Part shown: positions 57,023-64,000 of the stretch, piece by piece
Layout of the letters: each line of letters starts with the position of its first letter
Position numbering within the stretch: position 1 is the first letter of the stretch
Source of the DNA: Bordetella parapertussis
GTDB taxonomy: Bacteria; Pseudomonadota; Gammaproteobacteria; Burkholderiales; SG8-41
Reading direction: 5' to 3'
NCBI GenBank assembly: GCA_945906815.1
Contig: CAMDRT010000015.1
Span: 1,584-65,583 of the forward strand
DNA length: 64,000 nucleotides
Notes under the pieces: model-generated
What the model was told of the DNA's origin: nothing
The model's input: the letters and a program-made list of their open reading frames with translations, nothing else
Databases searched by the model: none
Made by a program: the position numbers and the translations under genes

Positions 57023-57024
57023 TT

Positions 57025-58194
57025 CTACGCCCCCTTCCTGACCGCTGCCACGGCTTTTTGCGCCGCATCCGCCATATTATTTGCGGAAAGTATCGGCAGT
57101 CCCGATTCGGCGAGTATTTTTTTGCCCAACTCGACGTTGGTGCCTTCGAGCCGCACAATCAGCGGCACCTGCAATTTGACCTGCCGCGCAGCTTCCACCA
57201 CGCCTTGGGCGATGACGTCGCATTTCATAATGCCCCCAAAAATGTTGACCAGGATCGCTTGCAGGTTCGGGTTTTTCAACATGATTTTGAACGCCTCGGT
57301 GACCTTTTCGGTGGAGGCGCCGCCGCCCACATCGAGAAAGTTCGCCGGTGTGCCGCCGTAGATTTTGCAAATGTCCATGGTGGCCATCGCCAGTCCTGCG
57401 CCATTCACCAGGCAGCCGATGTTGCCATCGAGTTGGATGTAACTGAGGTCGAATTTCGAGGCTTCTATTTCTGCAGGATTTTCTTCATCCAGGTCGCGCA
57501 ACGCCATAATCTCCGGGTGGCGAAACATGGCGTTTTCGTCAAAATTGATTTTGGCGTCGAGAGCGATCACCTGCTCGTCGTTGGTTAAAATCAACGGATT
57601 AATTTCCAGTAGGGAAGCGTCGGTTTCGTCAAACGCCTGGTACAGCGCCTTGAACATGTCGCGGGTTTGCGCAATCGCGGCGGCGGGCATGCCTATCTTG
57701 TGCGCCATGTCCTCGGCTTGCGCGTCGCTTAAACCGGACATCGGATCAATGGCGACCTTGTGAATTTTTTCCGGCGTGTGTGCGGCAACTTCCTCGATAT
57801 CCATGCCGCCTTCACTGGAGGCCATTAGCACCGCGCGCTGCGAAACGCGGTCCACCACCAGCGCCGCGTAATATTCTTTTTTGATATCCGCGCCTTCTTC
57901 GATCAGCAAACGGCGCACTTTTTGGCCTTCGGGGCCGGTCTGATGCGTCACCAACTGCATGCCGAGTATCGAGCCCGCGAGCGATTTGAGTTCAGCCGGC
58001 GACCGGGCGAGTTTGACGCCGCCGCCTTTGCCGCGTCCGCCGGCGTGGATTTGCGCCTTCACCACCCATACGCTGCCGCCCAGCGTGTTACCGGCAGCCA
58101 CGGCTTCGTCTACGGAAAAACACGGCACATTACGCAGGGTGCGCACGCCGAATTTCCTGAGAACTTCCTTCGCCTGATATTCGTGAATTTTCAT
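57025..58194 (-). CDS. sucC: succinate--CoA ligase (ADP-forming) beta subunit
   Basis: [17 protein letters not shown]...[22 protein letters not shown] starts at ATG 58194. The upstream 48 codons of the track ORF are not SucC-like. Confidence 0.85.
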   Translation of the reverse strand: MKIHEYQAKEVLRKFGVRTLRNVPCFSVDEAVAAGNTLGGSVWVVKAQIHAGGRGKGGGVKLARSPAELKSLAGSILGMQLVTHQTGPEGQKVRRLLIEEGADIKKEYYAALVVDRVSQRAVLMASSEGGMDIEEVAAHTPEKIHKVAIDPMSGLSDAQAEDMAHKIGMPAAAIAQTRDMFKALYQAFDETDASLLEINPLILTNDEQVIALDAKINFDENAMFRHPEIMALRDLDEENPAEIEASKFDLSYIQLDGNIGCLVNGAGLAMATMDICKIYGGTPANFLDVGGGASTEKVTEAFKIMLKNPNLQAILVNIFGGIMKCDVIAQGVVEAARQVKLQVPLIVRLEGTNVELGKKILAESGLPILSANNMADAAQKAVAAVRKGA

Positions 58195-58275
58195 GGTGAA
58201 CTCGAAAAAAGCGCGCTGGCAGGATACCGCGCCGGAGGGCTGGCGCGAATTTATTACAGCATTGCAGCAGGAGCC

Positions 58276-58289
58276 TTGACTGTGGTCAA
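58276..58289. promoter_or_regulatory. Crp/Fnr-type box TTGACTGTGGTCAA (perfect palindrome) upstream of sucC
   Basis: It fits TTGAC-N4-GTCAA and lies 82-95 nt upstream of the sucC ATG 58194. The spacing is the same as for the oxc box. Confidence 0.5.
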
Positions 58290-58566
58290 GTCTGGTTACG
58301 AACTTCATCCGAAGTGGCGCCCCCAACCATGATGACACTATCAGACACTACAGTCACAGTACGGTGTTGCAGGGCCGCTGCGGAGTATAACAAGCCGTGC
58401 GCGCGCCCATACTGCGCGTTGCGCATCCCGTGAGTCCGCATAGCGGCATACCAACTAACCAAGGATGCTTATGTGAAATTTATTTAGCTCTCATCAGACA
58501 GATATCTATGTTGCTAAGCAACACCACTGCTGTAGATATGCCCTATTGATAGCGGATAATCGGCGC

Positions 58567-58598
58567 AAAAAAAAAGCGCAATCCCGTAGGATTGCGCT
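58567..58598 (-). terminator. orphan rho-independent terminator (no annotated upstream gene on this strand)
   Basis: A 10-bp stem (AGCGCAATCC-CGTA-GGATTGCGCT, 58575-98) is followed on the minus strand by nine U (A-run 58567-75). Confidence 0.7.
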
Positions 58599-58976
58599 GA
58601 AGTTCCACCAAAGGAGGAGGTTTTGGGGGAATATGCCCAACCTAGACGCTGAGCATGGGCATATTATGCGCGCATAAGCATCTTCATTCAATATTTTTTG
58701 TTGCAATGCAAAATACATTTATTTAATCTTCGAATTATTAAATGTAATTCGAACAATGTAATTATATATAAAAAATCCATTAATTGGACTCATTTAATGG
58801 TTCAGGATCTTGGGCGCACTGCCCGGCGTCTGCAACAAAGTGTCGGCTATCGCCCGGGGGTTCTCTAAATTCATGCGGCGCGAAGTGCAGAACTGCGCGA
58901 AAATCACCAAAACCTCCGGCACCTTCGTTACGGTCTAGCCGGATGACATTAACCAACTGTTTTTATTGAGTATTTT

Positions 58977-60374
58977 ATGACAATAGCCACGGACATCGCA
59001 CGCCGCATCACCGCCCTGCACTACCCTGACTTGCCCGCTGACGCAGTGCATTGGGCAAAAGTCGCCGTCATCGACACGCTGGCCTGCGCGCTCGCGGGCG
59101 CCAACGAGGATGCGCCGCGCATCGCCGAAAAAGTCGCTGCCAGCTACGGCGGCGCGGGCCCGTCGCTGCTGTGGGGCACTAACCGCCGCATGTCGGCACT
59201 CGATGCGGCGGTTATCAACGGCACCGCCGGTCACGCGCTCGACTACGACGACGTCAACAACACCATCGGCGGCCATCCTTCAGTGCCTATCCTGCCGGCG
59301 GTCATCGCACTGGGCGAGATGCTCGGCGCCAGCGGCAAGGATTTACTACTCGCCTACGTTACCGGCTTTGAAGCACAAGCTGCCATTGGCAAGGCAGTCA
59401 ACGTCTACCATTACCGCAAGGGCTGGCATCCGACGGCCACCCTAGGCGTGTTTGGCGCGGCGGCGGCCTGCGCGCGGCTGCTCAATCTCAGTGTGCCACG
59501 CACCGCCACCGCGCTGGCGATTGCGGCATCCTTGTCGTCGGGCATCAAAGCCAATTTCGGCACCATGACCAAACCGCTGCACGCGGGGCACTGCAGCCGC
59601 AACGGGCTCTACGCCGCACTGATGGCAAAGGAAGGTTTCACCGCCAGCGATGATGCCTTCGAGCACGCGCACGGATTTTTCGAGCTGTTCAACGGCGCGG
59701 GCAACTACCACGTTGAAAAACTTTTGCAAACCTGGGCGGCGCCACTGGATGTGCTCGCGCCGGGCATCGGTCTTAAACAGTATCCCTGCTGCGCCAGCAC
59801 ACATTCCGCCATTGATGCCACGCTGCTGCTGCGTGAGCGCCACCATCTGACGCCGGAACGCGTGAAAAAGATCGAAACCATCACCCACGCCCCGGCACTG
59901 GCGCACACCAACCGGCCCGACCCGAAAACCGCGCTCGACGCCAAATTCAGCGTGCAGTATTGCGTGGCGCGCGCACTGATGCACGGTGCGGTGACGTTTG
60001 ATCACTTTGCCGACAGCGCGCTGCTGCAGCCCGAACTGCGTGCATTGCTCACACGCATCGAAGCGCGCACGCACGAACATCTGCCCAAAGACATGGCGGA
60101 ACACTATCAGGGCATCGTGAGCATCACCACTACCGACGGGCAGCAATACTCCGCGCGCGTGGATCAACCCCTGCGCGGCCCGCAGAACCTGGCGCCGCCC
60201 GACCGCCTAGAATCAAAGTTTAAGGATTGCGCGGCGCGGGCGTTGCGGCCAGAGGCGGTGCCGCGGCTATACGAACAACTGCGCGCGTTCGAATCGATTG
60301 CGAATGTGCGCGAGCTGACAGATTTTATGGCGGGTTCTGTCATCGACGCCAAGGCGAACCGCGCGGCGGCGTAG
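58977..60374 (+). CDS. MmgE/PrpD-family protein (2-methylcitrate dehydratase-like)
   Basis: A 465-aa ORF. GHALDYDD, GWHPTATLGVFGAAAA and KPLHAGH are MmgE/PrpD family motifs. Confidence 0.8.
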   Translation: MTIATDIARRITALHYPDLPADAVHWAKVAVIDTLACALAGANEDAPRIAEKVAASYGGAGPSLLWGTNRRMSALDAAVINGTAGHALDYDDVNNTIGGHPSVPILPAVIALGEMLGASGKDLLLAYVTGFEAQAAIGKAVNVYHYRKGWHPTATLGVFGAAAACARLLNLSVPRTATALAIAASLSSGIKANFGTMTKPLHAGHCSRNGLYAALMAKEGFTASDDAFEHAHGFFELFNGAGNYHVEKLLQTWAAPLDVLAPGIGLKQYPCCASTHSAIDATLLLRERHHLTPERVKKIETITHAPALAHTNRPDPKTALDAKFSVQYCVARALMHGAVTFDHFADSALLQPELRALLTRIEARTHEHLPKDMAEHYQGIVSITTTDGQQYSARVDQPLRGPQNLAPPDRLESKFKDCAARALRPEAVPRLYEQLRAFESIANVRELTDFMAGSVIDAKANRAAA

Positions 60375-60425
60375 GACGCCAGAGAGCACAGCCCATCAAC
60401 AACACCCATCACAAAACCGATTAAT

Positions 60426-60503
60426 CACAGATAAACACGGATAAGGTCAAAATCTCCGGGAAGAGGATTGGGTGTTATCTGTGTTCATCCGTGTTTATCT
60501 GTG
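60426..60503. repeat. 17-bp perfect inverted repeat CACAGATAAACACGGAT / ATCCGTGTTTATCTGTG with a 44-nt spacer
   Basis: Seen directly between the convergent prpD-like and Bug genes. The right arm is preceded by a partial direct copy (GTGTTATCTGTG). Confidence 0.75.
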
Positions 60504-60593
60504 GTTAAAAACCTTTTTCTATCGAACCTGCTGGATATTCGCCGCCTTCACCACCTTGAACCATTCGTCACGTCGCGCTGGATCACGTTGCGA

Positions 60594-61586
60594 CTACTCT
60601 GCCTTGATCCCCGCCTCGCGCACCTGCCTGCGCCAGCGTTCCAGATCGCCGCGCACGATGGCGGTAAACTCTACCGTGCTGTTGCCTACGGCGTCGGCAC
60701 CATCCTGCCGCAGCCGTTCGCGCAACTCCGGCATCTGCAGTACGCGCACTGCCGCGCCGTTCAGTCGTGCGACAACTTCGCGCGGCGTTTTCGCCGGCGC
60801 GCCGATGCCATACCAGTTGTCCACTGCATAACCCGTCAGTCCGCTTTCCGCCATCGCCGGCAATTCAGGCAGCAGGGTTGACCGTTTCAATGACGTTACC
60901 GCGAGCGAACGCAGCTTGCCCGCTTTGATCAACGGCAGGGTGGACACCGGCACGCCAAAGAAAAACTGCAAGCGCCCACCCAGCAGATCCACCAGCGCCA
61001 GCGCGCCGCCCTTGTACGGCACGTGGATCAATTCTGTAGCTGTCATCTGCGCCAACATCATGCCGCCAAAGTGTTGCAACGTGCCTACACCAGCGCTGCC
61101 GTAATACAGCGTGCGCGGCGCGGTGCGCGCGAGCGCAACCAGTTCCTTGACGGTATGGGCGTTAAGCGACGGATGCACCAGTAGTATGTACGGCTGTGTG
61201 GTCATCTGCGTCACCTGCACAAAATCGCGCAGCAAGTCATAGGGCAAGCGCGCGTTGAGCGCCTGATTCAACGGGTGTGATGCGGTCACGGTAATCAGCG
61301 TGTAGCCGTCCGCCGGCGCACGCGCCGCGATCTCAGTGCCGATATTGCCCGACGCGCCTATGCGATTGTCGATCACTATCGGCTGGCCGACGACCTCGGA
61401 AATGCGTTGCGCCACCAGCCGCGTGGTGAGATCCGCGCCGCCGCCGGCGGCGAAAGGCGAAATCCAGCGGATAGGCTTGTTTGGAAAGACGTGTCCCGAG
61501 ATTGTCGAAGCAGGCTGCGCGAGTGCGCCGGCGCTGAGGCACAACGCAAGGTTCAACACAGCGATTTTGATCCGCGGTATGGGCAT
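60594..61586 (-). CDS. Bug/TctC-family periplasmic substrate-binding protein (orphan)
   Basis: It has the signal peptide MPIPRIKIAVLNLALCLSAGALAQ from ATG 61586 (GGAGGAG upstream) and PFAAGGGADLTTRLVAQ. Confidence 0.8.
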   Translation of the reverse strand: MPIPRIKIAVLNLALCLSAGALAQPASTISGHVFPNKPIRWISPFAAGGGADLTTRLVAQRISEVVGQPIVIDNRIGASGNIGTEIAARAPADGYTLITVTASHPLNQALNARLPYDLLRDFVQVTQMTTQPYILLVHPSLNAHTVKELVALARTAPRTLYYGSAGVGTLQHFGGMMLAQMTATELIHVPYKGGALALVDLLGGRLQFFFGVPVSTLPLIKAGKLRSLAVTSLKRSTLLPELPAMAESGLTGYAVDNWYGIGAPAKTPREVVARLNGAAVRVLQMPELRERLRQDGADAVGNSTVEFTAIVRGDLERWRRQVREAGIKAE

Positions 61587-61669
61587 GCCGGCTCCTCCCA
61601 AGCAAGCGCCCATCTTACGTGAATGCAGGATAATATAAATATCCGCCCTCAATTATTACCGGAGCAGCC

Positions 61670-63679
61670 GTGACACCTCGCCGCCTTAACCCCCTTGCCT
61701 GCCTGCTGTTGAGCCTGACATTCGCGACGTCCGCTGACGCGCGCATCACCCGCATCGACATTGAAAAAATAGAATCGCCTACCTTCGACGGCATTGCGTT
61801 CGGCCACAGCGGCCGCTACGAAAAAATCACCGGCAAAGCGTACGGCGAACTCGATCCCGCTCATGAACTCAACCGCGGCGTGGCACTGCTCGACAAAGCG
61901 CCGCGTAACGCCGCCGGGCGCGTCGAATACAGCGTGGATGTCCTGATCCTCAAACCCGTCGATATGAGCCGCGGCAATCGCACGCTGATCTACGACACGG
62001 TCAATCGCGGCAATCTGCGGGCGATCCAGGTGTTCAATCACGAAGGCCCGGCAACCAACAATCCGACCACCGCGATAGACGCCGGCGACGGCTTTTTGTT
62101 CAAGCAAGGCTACAGCATCGTGTCGAGTGGCTGGCCCGGCGACGCGCTCCCCGGCGGCAACCGGCTCACTGCACGCTTTCCTGTAGCAAAAGAGCCCGAC
62201 GGAAAGTCAATGACGCAGACCCTCACTGTCGAATTTGTGTTCACCAAGCCCGCCCACTCCGTGAGCATAGGCTACGATGGCGGCAATTCGCGCCCGTACC
62301 CGGCTGTGATTGAACGCGCTTCTGAAGCACAACTCTACCGCCGCGCCGGCGCATCGGCGCCGCGTGAAACCATTGCCAAAAACGAATGGTCGTTCGGCAA
62401 ATGCGCGGATGGCAAGAACGCGACAGCGAGTGCCGTAGACCTGTGTTATCCGGCGGGCTTCTCGGCGAACTACATTTACGATCTGGTATACGTGGCGCGC
62501 GATCCAGTGGTGATGGGCCTCGGCTTCGCCTCCACGCGTGATCTGGTTTCGTTCCTGCGCCACGAGCACTCGGATGCCAATCCGATGATGCGGGGTGGCG
62601 CCGCGGATGCATTGCGGCAGGCCATCGGCTTTGGCCGCTCGCAAAGTGGGCGTTACATCAAGGACTTTGTCTATCAGGGCTTCAACCTCGACGAAAACAA
62701 GCGCGTGGTGTTTGAAGGACTGATGCCGCTGATCTCCGGCTCACGTCTGATGAGCATCAATGCGCCGTTCGGCATGCCGAGCCGTTCGCCGGACCACTAC
62801 GGCGGCGACCAGTTCCCACATACCTACGCCACACTCGAAGACCCAATCAGCAAAAAGCGTGACGGCTGGCTGGCGCGCTGCACCGCGCAACAAGCCTGCC
62901 CCAAAGTCATGCACATGGATTCCGGCACCGAAGCATGGCTCGCCCGCAACGCGTTGGTGATCACCGATGCGTCGGCTACGCAAGACCTGCCCATTCCCGA
63001 CAACGTGCGCCTCTACTATTTCGCCAGCACACAGCACAATCCCTCGGCCAAAACCGACTACGGCATTTGCAAAAACTTGAGCAACATCAATCCACGCATC
63101 GAGAACATACGCGCGCTGCTGGTGGCGATGCAGGCGTGGTTGACCGAAGGCAAGGTGCCGCCGCCGAGCCGTTTTCCGCGCGTGTCTGACGGCACATTGG
63201 CGTCGCCCACGCCTGTCGGCAAGTTTGGCTTCCCGGCGATCCCTGGAACGGTCTACAACGGCAAATACAGCGCGCTGTCGATGAAAGACTACTCGGTGCA
63301 GCCGCCGCGCAGCGTCCCCGGCACCGCATACCCCGCGCTTGCACCCAAGGTAGATGCCGACGGCAACGACATCGGCGGCATTAGGTCCGTCGCACTCGAA
63401 GTGCCGCTCGCTACCTACATGGGCTGGAACCACCGCCGCGCCGGATTCATGGAAGGCGAGCTTTGCGGTCTGCAGGGATCAACCATCCCGTTCGCGAAAA
63501 CCGCCGCCGAGCGCGGTGCCGATCCGCGCCCGTCGCTGGCGGAACGCTACGGCACACACGCGAACTACGTCGCCAAAGTCGAGGCCGCGGCCGCCAAATC
63601 GGTGAGCGAGGGTTTTCTGCTGGCGGAAGACGCAGCGCGGTTGGTCAGCGACGCACGGAAAGTGGATTTGGGATTTTGA
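61670..63679 (+). CDS. secreted protein of unknown function (possibly alpha/beta-hydrolase-fold family)
   Basis: A 669-aa ORF with the signal peptide MTPRRLNPLACLLLSLTFATSADA. The family assignment is from memory only; I identified no catalytic motif. Confidence 0.45.
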   Translation: MTPRRLNPLACLLLSLTFATSADARITRIDIEKIESPTFDGIAFGHSGRYEKITGKAYGELDPAHELNRGVALLDKAPRNAAGRVEYSVDVLILKPVDMSRGNRTLIYDTVNRGNLRAIQVFNHEGPATNNPTTAIDAGDGFLFKQGYSIVSSGWPGDALPGGNRLTARFPVAKEPDGKSMTQTLTVEFVFTKPAHSVSIGYDGGNSRPYPAVIERASEAQLYRRAGASAPRETIAKNEWSFGKCADGKNATASAVDLCYPAGFSANYIYDLVYVARDPVVMGLGFASTRDLVSFLRHEHSDANPMMRGGAADALRQAIGFGRSQSGRYIKDFVYQGFNLDENKRVVFEGLMPLISGSRLMSINAPFGMPSRSPDHYGGDQFPHTYATLEDPISKKRDGWLARCTAQQACPKVMHMDSGTEAWLARNALVITDASATQDLPIPDNVRLYYFASTQHNPSAKTDYGICKNLSNINPRIENIRALLVAMQAWLTEGKVPPPSRFPRVSDGTLASPTPVGKFGFPAIPGTVYNGKYSALSMKDYSVQPPRSVPGTAYPALAPKVDADGNDIGGIRSVALEVPLATYMGWNHRRAGFMEGELCGLQGSTIPFAKTAAERGADPRPSLAERYGTHANYVAKVEAAAAKSVSEGFLLAEDAARLVSDARKVDLGF

Positions 63680-63762
63680 CGGGCGTTTGAATTTTCCACA
63701 TGTTCGGCGCAGAATCGCGCGTCGACGATAGTTCAATCGTCACCAACCAGGGGAAGATCAAA

Positions 63763-64000
63763 ATGAAAGTTATGTCTCGAATGGTGATGTGCTTGCTGGT
63801 CCTAGGGTTTGCTCTGGCCGGTTGCGCAGTCAACCCGGACAGCGGCGGGTGGGTTACGCTACTGGACGGCGAAAAGGGCATGGAAAACTTTAACCGCATC
63901 GGCGACGCCAACTGGCGCGCGGAGGGTGGAGCCATCGTCGCTGACAAGGGCAAGGGCGGGCATCTGGTCACCAAAACAGCCTACAAAAATTTCGAAATCC
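63763..64000 (+). CDS. DUF1080 (3-keto-disaccharide hydrolase-like) lipoprotein, 5' part only
   Basis: It has the lipobox LVLGFALAGC. GWVTLLDGEKGMENFNRIGDANWRAEGGAIVADKGKGGHLVTKTAYKNFE is a typical DUF1080 opening. The ORF runs off the window. Confidence 0.55.
   Translation, partial: MKVMSRMVMCLLVLGFALAGCAVNPDSGGWVTLLDGEKGMENFNRIGDANWRAEGGAIVADKGKGGHLVTKTAYKNFEI

Noticed and set aside
56144-58194. Possibility that sucCD is really malate thiokinase (mtkAB) of a serine cycle
   Set aside because: The sequences match the betaproteobacterial SucC and SucD patterns I remember ([20 protein letters not shown]; the YANGK insertion in SucD) better than Methylobacterium MtkAB. No other serine-cycle genes (hpr, sga, mcl, gck) are in the window. 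This is not fully excluded without a phylogeny.
58506-58718. 70-aa minus-strand ORF in the AT-rich island
   Set aside because: Its codon usage is unlike the rest of the window and it has no RBS. It spans the terminator hairpin and stem-loops, which are better explained as a non-coding RNA.
1-64000. Search for CRISPR arrays, tRNA/rRNA genes, transposases, integrases, phage or toxin-antitoxin/defence modules
   Set aside because: No regularly spaced direct repeats, no cloverleaf-like sequences in intergenic regions and no IS, integrase or defence-like ORFs were seen. The scan was visual, so small tRNA-like or degraded elements could have been missed.

Overview
This is a 64-kb, high-GC, densely coding chromosomal window. 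Gene content looks betaproteobacterial: lptF with divergent pepA-holC-valS, Burkholderiales-type SucCD, and Bug/TTT transporters. I recognised no rRNA, tRNA, CRISPR array, transposase or integrase. In order, the window holds: (1) a housekeeping block of lptF, pepA, holC, valS, a GST-like gene, DUF4126, a FecR-like gene, tusA, chrA, a spermidine-synthase-like membrane protein, bepA and moaC. (2) A minus-strand pilus and second-messenger array: a tfpZ-like gene, two tandem type IV pilins with sigma-54-type promoters, GAF-HD-GYP, a GAF-PilB/GspE ATPase, a CHASE2 class III cyclase, FHA, PP2C and a decayed Ser/Thr kinase. (3) An oxalate module: an fmt-like gene, frc, a Crp/Fnr regulator, oxc and tctCBA. 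(4) urtABCDE-ureDABCEFG plus a small His-rich membrane ORF. (5) Two ArsB/NhaD-family permeases behind a yybP-ykoY-like (Mn) riboswitch. (6) sucCD-fdsGB-fdsA-fhs. (7) MmgE/PrpD, Bug, a secreted protein of unknown function and a DUF1080 lipoprotein. The most interesting signals not explained by gene calls are these. Four TTGAC-N4-RTCAA boxes tie frc, oxc, tctCBA and sucCD-fds-fhs to the local Crp/Fnr regulator. Two intercistronic hairpins are built from tandem GTGAACG octamers inside that same gene set. A 160-bp palindromic MITE-like element between urtD and urtE has an arm that contains the urtE start codon. The PilB-type ATPase and the HD-GYP protein carry paralogous GAF domains and sit next to a cyclase. 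An orphan intrinsic terminator with an anti-SD loop marks a candidate sRNA. An AT-rich motif, AAACAAATAGTTAT, recurs in intergenic regions. All calls come from reading the sequence and ORF translations by eye. No database search or folding computation was run, and motif scans were done on intergenic regions only.
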